IMG/VR virus record: IMGVR_UViG_3300046318_000529
Span: 4,190 to 68,189 of that record
Strand: one strand, 5' to 3'
DNA length: 64,000 nt
From: a virus
The translations under genes were made by a program, and so were the position numbers. The notes below the pieces were generated by a model. The model had not been told where the DNA came from. It saw only the letters and a list, made by a program, of their open reading frames with translations, and made no database searches. Positions 28,511 to 39,000 of this stretch are shown here, piece by piece; within the stretch, counting starts at the first letter, position 1; every line of letters starts with the position of its first letter.

Positions 28511-29735
28511 AAAAGGTCAAATAGCTGAATCGTTACCTGGTGCTTTCAAACAAGCAGCAGATTCGATGGGTATTACGACCGCTGAACTTACTCAAAAACT
28601 TAAAGATGGTGCTTTAGACTCTAAAGAGTTCCTAGGCAATTTCTCTGTATACTTAAAAAACTCTACCGATGAAAAATTTAAAAAGATACTAGGCTCCTAT
28701 GCTTTCTCTCTAAAAAGACTAAATGTAGCTAGGGAAGAGTTCATTAGAGGTATTGCAGATAACGGCGGTGAGGAAGTTTTTCAACAACTTACTGAGTTTG
28801 CTATTTACCTACTACAAATACTTAAACCTGTTACAGCTGCACTTGCTGCTGCTTTCAAATGGTTCTCTAGGATATTCTTTGGGCCACTAGGAAGAGCGAT
28901 AAAAAGGGTAAGTGATGTAATTGGGGATATGGCAGAAAACGCTGGGGAAGGCAGTAAAGAATTAAGGAAAATTAAATCTGAGCTAGCCAGCATGATAGTT
29001 GTTATGACACCTATAATTTTCATGTTTAGAAAATTCTTCCTAGGATTATTAGTTTTCGAGCTTATGGTGGCTATTTGGGATGACCTGAATATGTACATCA
29101 AGGACGGTAAGGGACTATTAGGTGAGTTCATGGATAAAATGGACGACCCTAAGTGGCGGGAAGAACACCCTATAATTGACACATTTATGACAGCATATGT
29201 GTTGTTAGGTGAACTGATAGACTCAGTTGATAAACTCTTCAAAAACCAGGAGTTCTTAGATAACCCATTAGTCAGGGCGTTTACAGATATAGAAGAAACT
29301 ATTAACACAATTATAGAACTTCTAACTAAAACTCTTCCAGCAGCATGGTCTTACTTTAAAGGTTCTTTAGGGTACGGCACTGATGAAGAAGTTGCAGATG
29401 CTCAAAAAACTAACGAAGAAAAAAGTACTCCTGAATATAGAGATAGGATAAAAGCCCAGGCTACTAAAAGGAAAGTAGGAGGTATTAATAATAGCAGTCT
29501 TCTCCCATCAAAAGAGACTCTTATTAAAGGTATTCTAGGTGACAATAAACTAGGCAACTGGGCTGTTAACACCCTTAGCGGTGAGACTCAAACTAATAAA
29601 AATGTCACTGACATCAATATGTATGTCAAAGTAGAGGGGGCATCACAAATGGATAAGACCACAGCTAATCAGATAGCCAAGGAAGTCTCTGGCAGAGTTA
29701 CTAATCAGGCGGCGTTGGCAGGAGTTCCACAATGA
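28511..29735 (+). CDS. tape measure protein, exon 2
   Basis: Continues KGQIAESLPGAFKQAADSMG; spliced product about 1057 aa. Confidence 0.85.
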
Positions 29736-30436
29736 CAAGCCCTAAATCTCTTCTCTCTCTCATCGTCTCATCTACAGCAAGTTTAGCTAATAATTTCCCT
29801 AGGGTGTCCAGCACACTCAAGGGGAATAACTCTATATTGGTTTTTGATTGTGTGCCAGAGTACACTGAATCGTACAGCAGTGACCTGTCCTCTTTCCCTA
29901 TAGAGAGAGGGTCGGACATAACCGATCATGTTGTTAACAAGAACCCTGAGATACAGCTTAAAGGTATCGTCACCTCAATCTATCACAGATTAGGCAAGAC
30001 ATTAGTGCCATCTATAAAAATGACTAATGGTGTATTGTCTATTAGTCAAAATAAAACACCTGGTGACTGGAAGGATGCCTACAAGACTTTGAAAGGTATG
30101 TGGGAAAGTAGGTCACTGTTGACACTAAGCTCTGTATTAGGTGAACATCAAGATCTTATAATAAAAGATTTGACTTTCCCTAAAACAGTAGACAACTTCG
30201 CTAGCCTTGATATAAATATTACCCTTACCAAAATAAGGACAGTGGCTACAAAAACAGGGATTGTTCCTGTGCCTGTTGGGCTTCTTAAGAAAAGTGGTGT
30301 TGAGGATTCTGGTAAAGGCCAAGGCAATGCTTCTGCTAATAGTGCGTCTGAGGATGTTAAAAAGAAGACAACGTTCACACCTTCTCAACTACAGGAGTTT
30401 AGAGATATTCTTACAAAAGGATTGCCCTTACAATGA
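29732..30436 (+). CDS. baseplate hub / tube initiator (Dit-like)
   Basis: FD...E, SFPIERGSDITDHV motif after TMP. Confidence 0.75.
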   Translation: MTSPKSLLSLIVSSTASLANNFPRVSSTLKGNNSILVFDCVPEYTESYSSDLSSFPIERGSDITDHVVNKNPEIQLKGIVTSIYHRLGKTLVPSIKMTNGVLSISQNKTPGDWKDAYKTLKGMWESRSLLTLSSVLGEHQDLIIKDLTFPKTVDNFASLDINITLTKIRTVATKTGIVPVPVGLLKKSGVEDSGKGQGNASANSASEDVKKKTTFTPSQLQEFRDILTKGLPLQ

Positions 30437-30765
30437 TAAAACTTACACTTTTAAATAAATACAATTACACACAATCCTTTACTTTAGATGGTATTGAGTT
30501 TAAACTTAACTTTAAATATAACTCAAGAGAGAGCCAATACTACCTGTCTCTCTTATCTTCTGATAATACAATACTTTTAAGTGGTGTTAAAATAGTTAAA
30601 GATACTCTTCTTACTGGCAGATTCAGGAAAGAAGGGTTCCCTGTTGGTGATTTCATAGCAATGTCCCCTTACATCTTTGATAAAATAGGTGAAGTGGATT
30701 TCTCCGATACCTTAGAGTTATTTTACATCACTTCAGCGGATATTGAGGAGCTAGCAAGTGCCTAA
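30433..30765 (+). CDS. baseplate protein
   Basis: QSFTLDG...YNSRE...LLSGVKIV; myovirus synteny. Confidence 0.65.
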   Translation: MIKLTLLNKYNYTQSFTLDGIEFKLNFKYNSRESQYYLSLLSSDNTILLSGVKIVKDTLLTGRFRKEGFPVGDFIAMSPYIFDKIGEVDFSDTLELFYITSADIEELASA

Positions 30766-31666
30766 TTTCATTCGTAAGTATGAGATGCTTATAGGAGAGG
30801 GCGGCAAGGAGGGTCTCCTTATCACCGACTTTCAAATTGAATTTGACATAAAAAAATCTTCTGACTCGAAAATGAACACAGCTTATTTTAGGATATATAA
30901 CCTTAACCAAGAACATAGGCGCCAGTTACAGTCACTAGAAGCTAAGGATGGTTTTATCTTCTTTAAGGTAGGATACTCAGGTGAACCTTTAGTCCTGCTT
31001 TTCACAGGCAATATTATCGACTACAAGGTGAAAAGGGAAGGAGCTGACATTATCACAGAGTTGCTTTGTGGTGACGGTTACTCCTATATCAGAGACTCAG
31101 TTGTTAATGTATCTTACCCTGAGAATGTCCAACTATCTAAAGTACTCCTTGACTTAGCTAAGCTCACAGGGGCATCAATAGGGAACATTGCAGGCCTGGC
31201 CACAGGTAAAGTGTTTAAAAACGGACTTACGCTGAACGGTAAGGTTTATAATTACCTAGACACATATACCAAAACGCACAACATGACATGGGCCATCAAT
31301 GATGGCATTATCAACATCAAAGATGTTAACAGTGCATCTAGTGAGTCTGCTTTCGTTATCAGCACAAATAATGGCCTGATTGGTGTCCCTGATATTATAG
31401 GTGATAAAATAGGACGTAAGAAGGATAAAGGGCAAAAAGCTTTAGATAAAGTGAATAAAGGTGAAGCACTTGAAGATTACACACTAAAATCTGGTGTTTC
31501 TTTCCAAACACTATTGCAACCTGAGCTAAGGCCTGATAGATTCTGTAAACTAGAATCAGTTTTCGTTAATGGTTTTTATGTAATAAAAGAAGTAGGTCAC
31601 TCAGGCTCTTATGAAGGGCAAGATTGGACTACAACAATAGAAGCTGAAAATTTGGAGCAAACGTAA
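30758..31666 (+). CDS. baseplate hub protein
   Basis: IEFDIKK, IYNLN, VGY, CGDG, GLIGVP, LLQP. Confidence 0.75.
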   Translation: MPNFIRKYEMLIGEGGKEGLLITDFQIEFDIKKSSDSKMNTAYFRIYNLNQEHRRQLQSLEAKDGFIFFKVGYSGEPLVLLFTGNIIDYKVKREGADIITELLCGDGYSYIRDSVVNVSYPENVQLSKVLLDLAKLTGASIGNIAGLATGKVFKNGLTLNGKVYNYLDTYTKTHNMTWAINDGIINIKDVNSASSESAFVISTNNGLIGVPDIIGDKIGRKKDKGQKALDKVNKGEALEDYTLKSGVSFQTLLQPELRPDRFCKLESVFVNGFYVIKEVGHSGSYEGQDWTTTIEAENLEQT

Positions 31667-32511
31667 TGGCGAAGGAAGTATCACTATCTGAGGTAATCAA
31701 GCACTACCTGAGTAATTTCTCTGAACACTTAAGGACAGCCTTGCCTGCCACAATAGTGACATATGACCCTGCCACACAAAAAGCATCTGTTCAGCCTATG
31801 AACCATCGTTTAGATAGTGATGGGACACTCCACAAGCCCTCAGTGATGTATGGTATACCTATCATGTTCCCATCATCAGGAACAGGCATCCTAAGCTTCC
31901 CTATCAAGCCTGGCGACCCTGTTTTATTGATAATATCAGACAGGAGTATAGACAATTACACCTACAGTGAAGGCATTGTTCCTGTAGACCCTACAGACAG
32001 GAAGACACACGACCTCAGTGATGCCATTGCAATACCTGGCTTCTACCCTTACAGGAAGGCACTAGGCATCCACTCAGAGGATGTTGTGTTGCGGATGAAT
32101 GCTATTGAGAACAATGCACAAAACCCTGGTGAGAACAGCCTACACTTACTCCCTATTGGCAAAACAGATGCTGTTGTGATAAACGCTAACCAATATAACG
32201 GTAACTATAGTGTTATTAAAATATTGCAGAATGGCGATATTAATATTGATACTTTACAAGGCACAAATATCTTGCTAAACCAAGCAGGAGATGTTACAGT
32301 TAACAGCCCTACTAAGGTAGTGGTTAATTCTGGCGCAAACACTGAGGTAAATGCTGGCGGTGATTGTAAAATCGTAGCAGATGGGCAAGTTACTCTAGAG
32401 GGAAGTGGAGGTGGGGTTGTTGCTGGGATTATAAATGGACTCTCAATTAACGAATTGACAGGGTTACCTTTTGCTGACCCTTCCTCTAATGTTTTTAACA
32501 CAAAAGGTTGA
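31666..32511 (+). CDS. baseplate central spike (gp138/gpV-like)
   Basis: RTALPATIV.YD, FPIKPGD, RSID, HDLSDAIAIPG, beta-helix repeats. Confidence 0.85.
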   Translation: MAKEVSLSEVIKHYLSNFSEHLRTALPATIVTYDPATQKASVQPMNHRLDSDGTLHKPSVMYGIPIMFPSSGTGILSFPIKPGDPVLLIISDRSIDNYTYSEGIVPVDPTDRKTHDLSDAIAIPGFYPYRKALGIHSEDVVLRMNAIENNAQNPGENSLHLLPIGKTDAVVINANQYNGNYSVIKILQNGDINIDTLQGTNILLNQAGDVTVNSPTKVVVNSGANTEVNAGGDCKIVADGQVTLEGSGGGVVAGIINGLSINELTGLPFADPSSNVFNTKG

Positions 32512-32574
32512 ATTTGGTTTGTATGGTTAAAGATCTGACAGGTGAAAAGAATACTACTATATAAAGAGGAACGT

Positions 32575-32757
32575 ATGGCACTATCCACATCAATTATTAA
32601 GTCAGCCATCATGTCGTCAATGGTTTCTAGGGGTTTTAACCCTAGTGCTGGCCTTTATGGAGAACAGTACATAGAGGCTTTGGCTGAGGGCATTTACATA
32701 GCGATAACAACCTCAGCAACAGTAACTGACGAGACATCCACCTGGCCTGTCCAGTAA
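32575..32757 (+). CDS. small baseplate-region protein
   Basis: GAGGA RBS before ATG 32575. Confidence 0.55.
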   Translation: MALSTSIIKSAIMSSMVSRGFNPSAGLYGEQYIEALAEGIYIAITTSATVTDETSTWPVQ

Positions 32758-32774
32758 CAATAAGGACAACTAAC

Positions 32775-33176
32775 ATGGCTAGAGACCTACTTCTTAACTT
32801 AGAAACACACGACCTAGATTTAACTAACCTTCAAACAAGTTTAACAGTTGATGAAGATGGCCAGTCCTTGCAACAAAGATTGAAGATAAACCTTCTCATA
32901 AACGTAAAAGAATGGTTTTTCAACCAAAGTGACACTTTTGGACTACCTTACCTAAGAAGCTCTAGTGACCAGTTCCAACAGTTTATTCTGTCTGACAAGA
33001 CAAACGACATATCTATTATTGATGCCATTTTCAAAGAGCACATTCTAAAGGTGGAAGGTGTATCTCAGTTGCTAGAGTACTCTTCAAACTTCGACAAGGC
33101 AACACGTACTTATAATTTCAACTTCACAGTATCCGATATAAACGGGTCACTGGTCAATTTATCATTGGTGGCTTGA
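32775..33176 (+). CDS. baseplate wedge protein (gp25-like)
   Basis: DLLL, QRLKINL...EWFF...GLPY, ILKVEGV. Confidence 0.75.
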   Translation: MARDLLLNLETHDLDLTNLQTSLTVDEDGQSLQQRLKINLLINVKEWFFNQSDTFGLPYLRSSSDQFQQFILSDKTNDISIIDAIFKEHILKVEGVSQLLEYSSNFDKATRTYNFNFTVSDINGSLVNLSLVA

Positions 33177-33177
33177 T

Positions 33178-34620
33178 ATGGCAGGATTACTTTCTACAGG
33201 CTTAGTCATAAAAAATTATGACGAAATAATAGCAGAGATTAAAGAAGATTTAAAAATCAACCTAGGGTCAGGCCTCAATGTGAGCGATGACTCTGTTATC
33301 ATGCAAATACTTAAGCCTGAAGCTTTACAGATATCAGAACTGTGGGAAGCCTTACAGGCCATCTATAACTCTACAGACCCTGATACAGCTTCAGATGAGG
33401 CTCTCGAAAGGTCTGCCAACATTATAGGTGTGCCTAGGCTACAAGCCACTAAATCTGTTGTAGAGGTGATGAACACAGGTGACCACAACACAGTAATTCC
33501 TATTAATTCTGTGGTAGAGGTAGATGGAACAGGAAGCAGGTTTGTTAATAGTGATCCTTACACCCTAGATCTCACCAATATACAAATATTAACTATCGAG
33601 TTCACAACTGTATCAAACAACGCAACATACACTGTGACCGTAGATGCTACACCTTTAAACTATTTATCTGACGGCTCAGCAACAGCGGCAGAGATAGCAG
33701 CTGGTATTACCTCTGCGATAAACCTGTCATCTTTGACTGTTACAGCTACTGTTATCACAGGTAATAAAGTACAAATAACTGCTGATAGTAGTCTTGTTGA
33801 CCACTCATATGTTTTATCGGCTGGTATAACCCCCAGAAAAGTGACTAAAAGGGCAACCTTTCAAGCAGATGTCACTGGTGTTATTAGGGCACCAGCATCT
33901 ACCCTCAATAAGATAATCACACCTGTTAGTGGTTGGGATAGTGTATACAACCCTCTTGATGCTGTTTTAGGTAGAGATATTGAGACTGACACTTCTTTCA
34001 GAGTCAGAAGAAAAGCATCTTTATCTTTAGCAGGAGCCAGCACATTGCCAGCGATAAGGGCGGCTCTATTAGCTATCAATGCTGTTACCGCAGTTGTAGT
34101 AAAAGAGAACGACACAGATGTCATAGATTTACAAGGAAGGCCCCCTCATTCCTTTGAGGCTATTGTCCTTGGCGGTACAGATGCCCAGATCGCAGAAGTG
34201 ATATGGGAAGATAAGCCATTAGGCATAAAGACGTATGGTTCTACAACCTACACCCACCTCGATGAGCAGAATTTCCCTAGGGACATCAATTTCTCTAGGC
34301 CGACAGAGATTTACCTCCACGTAAAAATAGAGTACACCTTAAATAGTGAGGAACTCTTCCCATCAGGTGGTGAAGCAGCTATAGCTGCCTCTGTATTGGT
34401 GACAGGTAAAACCTTATCTATCGGTGATAATGTGATACCTAAAAGGTTTGTTGGCCCTATATACACAGCTGTACAAGGCATAGAAGACCTTATAGTGAGT
34501 ATTGCTACCAGTGCAACACCTCTAGGGCCTCCTGGTGCCTTTTCACAAGTGACATTGGCTATAGGAGACACAGAGTTGTCATCTTTTGATAGCGGCAGAA
34601 TAACAGTAGATCTAATTTAA
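33178..34620 (+). CDS. baseplate J-like wedge protein
   Basis: DPDTA, GWDSVYN, GRDIETD..FR.R, PPHSFEAIVLGG, FSRP. Confidence 0.9.
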   Translation: MAGLLSTGLVIKNYDEIIAEIKEDLKINLGSGLNVSDDSVIMQILKPEALQISELWEALQAIYNSTDPDTASDEALERSANIIGVPRLQATKSVVEVMNTGDHNTVIPINSVVEVDGTGSRFVNSDPYTLDLTNIQILTIEFTTVSNNATYTVTVDATPLNYLSDGSATAAEIAAGITSAINLSSLTVTATVITGNKVQITADSSLVDHSYVLSAGITPRKVTKRATFQADVTGVIRAPASTLNKIITPVSGWDSVYNPLDAVLGRDIETDTSFRVRRKASLSLAGASTLPAIRAALLAINAVTAVVVKENDTDVIDLQGRPPHSFEAIVLGGTDAQIAEVIWEDKPLGIKTYGSTTYTHLDEQNFPRDINFSRPTEIYLHVKIEYTLNSEELFPSGGEAAIAASVLVTGKTLSIGDNVIPKRFVGPIYTAVQGIEDLIVSIATSATPLGPPGAFSQVTLAIGDTELSSFDSGRITVDLI

Positions 34621-34632
34621 AGTAGGTAAAAG

Positions 34633-35232
34633 ATGAGTGAGAGTTATGAGAAAATAACAGACCATGCTGAAAGGGCAAAAGGTTTGATGTTGAGTCAGTT
34701 TTCAGACTCCACTCTACTTAAAGCTGTCCAGGATGTTGTTTGTAGACAAATACAAGATATAGAGAATGTTATTTTTGATGTTATGTTGAAAAACAATAAC
34801 ATAGATTTAGGAGAAGGTGTCCAACTTGACCTGCTAGGTAAAATAGTCAACAGGAAAAGAAATGGCTTCTCAGATGATGACTATAAAGACCTTCTAAGAT
34901 TGCAGATAGCGATAAACAATTCAAAAGGTAACCCTGAGCCTATAACCTCTACGATACAGAAGATAACTGGCTCTACTTTTATTCAAGTGCAGGAAAACTT
35001 CCCTGCCGCGATAGATTTCATCATAGGTGACGCTAACATTAACCCAGACCTCCTACCTCTTATCGAGGAAGTAGCATCCGCTGGGGTTAATGTGAACATA
35101 CTAGCTATAAATTCCTTTGATGGAGATGTGTTCGCGTTTGAGGGGTACCCTGAAGATATTTTTGCACTAGGGTTTGGTGATATAGACGACCCTTTGCTAG
35201 GTGGAAGGTTTGCTAGTTTAATAGAAGTGTGA
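34633..35232 (+). CDS. baseplate wedge protein (DUF2612-like)
   Basis: SQF, GVQLDLLGKIV.R, DDDY...L. Confidence 0.75.
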   Translation: MSESYEKITDHAERAKGLMLSQFSDSTLLKAVQDVVCRQIQDIENVIFDVMLKNNNIDLGEGVQLDLLGKIVNRKRNGFSDDDYKDLLRLQIAINNSKGNPEPITSTIQKITGSTFIQVQENFPAAIDFIIGDANINPDLLPLIEEVASAGVNVNILAINSFDGDVFAFEGYPEDIFALGFGDIDDPLLGGRFASLIEV

Positions 35233-35242
35233 TGAGGGTTAA

Positions 35243-36052
35243 ATGGAAGACTTGAGGGGCTTGAGGTTTGGTAGCAGGGTGGTGACAAACACTCCCTCTG
35301 TGATGTTTGGCAACCAAAGAAAATACCAGTGCCTGTGCGATTGTGGTTACTCTTCTTGGGTTTTAGCTAATAACCTTAAAAGAAAGGAGTATAAAAGTTG
35401 TGTTAAGTGTCGAGAGAGAAAACCTCCAATACCATTATACGGCATGAAGGTAGGTAAAAAACAGATAGTAAGTGAAGTGCCAAATAAGATAGGAAGAAGG
35501 GTTTTATGGACATATCTTTGTGATTGTGGCTACCAAGGTGTAACTAACTCCCACAAATTCCTTAAAAACACAAATAAAGATTGCCCAAGCTGTTCAGGGA
35601 TTTTAAGTAAAGGTGAAGATGCCGCTAATAAATCTCCTTTATGGAGAAGATGGGACAGTATTAAATCTAGGTGCTACAACCTTAACTCTCCTAACTATAA
35701 ATACTACGGAGGTAGAGGGATCACTCTTGAAGAGTATTTACATGATTTTAGGAATTTTGAAAAATGGGTAATAGAGAATTTAGGGCCACCTCAAAAAGGG
35801 TTGAGTTTAGATAGGGTGGATAATGAGAAAGGATATCAACGAGGGAATTTAAGATGGGCCACAGGAACTGAACAAAACCTTAATAGAAGGAGAGGTTTCT
35901 TTACCTTAATCCCAACCTCAGACGGGAAAGACATCACTGTAAGGGAGTATGCAAGCCTCCATTCCCTAACAGCCCAAACAGTAAGGTATAAAATGAAAAT
36001 AGGCGAGATAAGCTTTAAACAACCCACACTAGGAGAAGGTAAATGCCACTAA
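35243..36052 (+). CDS. free-standing HNH homing endonuclease
   Basis: DLRGLRFG, CLCDCG, WDSIKSRC, YGGRGI, SLDRVDNEKGY..GNLRWAT..EQ..NRR. Confidence 0.88.
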   Translation: MEDLRGLRFGSRVVTNTPSVMFGNQRKYQCLCDCGYSSWVLANNLKRKEYKSCVKCRERKPPIPLYGMKVGKKQIVSEVPNKIGRRVLWTYLCDCGYQGVTNSHKFLKNTNKDCPSCSGILSKGEDAANKSPLWRRWDSIKSRCYNLNSPNYKYYGGRGITLEEYLHDFRNFEKWVIENLGPPQKGLSLDRVDNEKGYQRGNLRWATGTEQNLNRRRGFFTLIPTSDGKDITVREYASLHSLTAQTVRYKMKIGEISFKQPTLGEGKCH

Positions 36053-39000
36053 CACCCCCATCAAAATACCCAGAGTTCGCAAGGCAACTTTTGAACAACG
36101 GCCCTTTAGGAAGCCCTAATAAATCTGAGCCTAGTGAGATTAAAAAAGATACAGGGTGGCTGCATGGCGAGAGGCCCCCCAGACAAACCTTTAATTACCT
36201 CCAAAACCTGACCAGTGATTGGATCGTGTACTTCGATAAGCTTTGGTCAACCTCTGGCCAAATTAACTTCCACTTCAACCAAGACCTATCAACCACAACA
36301 GGTTTAGTTTTTGGCATAAGTGCAGGAACTATCACTTTTGATGGCCAAGAATCAACTGTCGCATCAACTACACTAACAATGACAGCAAATGCTACCACAG
36401 TTATAGGCTTTAACCTAGACGCTTTAACCATATCTCAGTATCTCTCTGGTGGTGAGCCTACTTCTGATTTTGTTAAACTGTTTGTGGTCACTACCAACGG
36501 CAGTGCTATCACAGCCGTAGATGACAGACGCACACCATTCCAAGTGCAATCACGCTTACAGTCAGGAGACAATAAATTAATCATAGACGGCGCTACTGAC
36601 ACATTAAACTACACTAATAACGGTGTGTCGGTTCTATATACTTCTTTTGGAGGCGATGTAGGTATTAACACCACCACCCCTCTAGGTAAACTACACATCA
36701 AAGACGGATCTTCAGGTGTCACGTTAGTCTCAAATAAAGACTTAGTTATTGAGAGTAATGACTCCACAGTTATTCAGTTGATGTCTCCTAATACAGCATC
36801 TCCTGCCATATTCTTCGCTGACCCACAAGCAAACAGTGCAGGTGGCTTAGAGTATTCCCACGGTGCTGGTAAGATGCACCTTCGTGTAGAAGATCAAAAT
36901 AGAGTGTCTTTAGATAGTGCTGGGCAGATGGTTATAGCCAACGCTTCAGATACTGTTTCACCTTTGGCAAAGCTTCATGTTAAAGCAGGAACATCGGGCG
37001 CTGCTCCGATCTCCTCTGACGGTATTTTTGTAGAGAGTGCAGGAAGCACACACATTACGATAGGAACAAGCGCTACTGATATAGGAGCACTTAACTTCGC
37101 TGACACAGGATCACAGGTAGTAGGAGCTATCCAATATGACAACAGCACAGATAAGCTTCATTTAGCAGCATCTGGTGCGAGCAAGGTAACTATTGTAGGT
37201 TCTAATGGTAATGTTGGTTTTGGTGAACAAACTCCTTTTGCTAAAGTACATATTAAACAAGGCTCATCTGGTGTAGCTTCTCTTAATGCTGGCGGAGATG
37301 GTTTGTTTGTTGAGGATGCAGGCATAGCAGGGTTGACTATAGGTACCCCTAATAATGTTGAAGCAAATATATTCTTTGCAGACCCTCAAAGTAACACTCA
37401 AGGTGGTTTCCAGTATAATCAAGCTAATGATACTTTATCTTTGAGGGCAGGCGACCTACAAGTAGTGCAAATTGATGGTATTAATGATGTATTAAATCTA
37501 AACCCTCATGGCGTCAATGATTATTCTGTGAGTACCAAGAGGTCTTTAAGGATAAACATTGATAGTGATGCAAATCAGACAGGGGCTTCTTTTACGGTAG
37601 GCCACGATCAAAACACAACAGTTGACACTAATGTACTTCTGAAAGTGCTAGATACAGGTAATGTCGGTGTGGGGGTGACAAACCCTACACATAGGCTAGA
37701 TGTTGCAGGTGATGCTAGAGTTAGTGGTTCTTTTTACAGGCCAGATGACTTAGGGTTAGTGGCAACTCTTGGCAACGGACAAAACATACTATTCGCAGAT
37801 ACCCACCTCTTCCGGGATGCCACAGGGACAACTAACAGAGCTGTATTAGATTCTTTAGGTAATACAGGCATTGGGGATATAACTGTACCTCAAGGTAAGC
37901 TTCACGTCTTCCAAGGAGAATCAGGTGTGTCTTCTGCTTTAACAGATGCAGATGCACTTATATTAGAAGATTCAGGAAGTACAGGGATAACCATCCAGAC
38001 ACCTAACTCTGCAAGTGGTAACATCAGGTTCGTAGATCCTGAGAGTAATAACGCTGGCAGTTTATCTTTTAACCATACCACTGATACATTCAGTGCTCAA
38101 ATTGAAGCTGTAACTAAGCTTAGTATAAGTCCAGCTACTACAACAGTTACGAATGATTTAACTGTTGCAGGTAACCTTACAGTAAATGGCACTATAACAA
38201 CTATTAACAGCACTACAGTCACAGTAGATGATAAAAATATTGAGATAGGCTCAGTATCTGTTCCAACAGACGTCACTGCTGATGGCGGTGGTATTACCCT
38301 TAAAGGTGCTACTGATAAAACCATTAACTGGACAGCAGCTACTGGTGACTTTGATGTGAGTGAAAACTGGGATTTAGCCAGCGGTAAAAGTTACAAGATA
38401 AATAATATATCAGTTCTTAATGGTACAACATTAGGTAGCGGTGTTACTGCCTCTAGTTTAACTTCAGTAGGTACTTTAGGATCATTAGTTGTCAGTGGCA
38501 ATGGTGGTTTTGGTTCACTTAATGTAAGTGGACTAACAGGATTAGGTGGTAGTGCTTTCTCTGGAGCAAAACTGACAGTATCAGACGGTACTTCAACTGC
38601 TTTTAAATTTATAGTGAGTGGGTCATCTTCTACTTTACAATCTAGAGATCATGTAGATGGATCTTATACTCCTTCAATCTATGATGCTATTCAGCATATA
38701 TTTCAAGAATCAGGAGTTGAAACTTTTAGAACTTATGCTGGCAACTTAAGTGTAGGTGCAGGAGCAACTGCTTTATCTAAACTACACGTTAAATATGGAA
38801 CATCAGGTATCTCTGGGGTTGTGACTGATGGGTTATTAGTAGAAGGCTCATCAACTACTGGTATAAATATAGCTACACCTAATACTCAAGTAGGTTTAAT
38901 TGCTTTTGCTGACCCTGAGAACACCTCTTCTGGCTTCATAAGCTATCATCACACTGTTGATACTTTGTACGTAGGTACTGCCGCTGCCACAAAAATGACT

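Noticed and set aside
28566-29735. Stand-alone 389-aa gene
   Set aside because: The frame is open upstream to 28512 and continues the TMP motif, so it is treated as exon 2.
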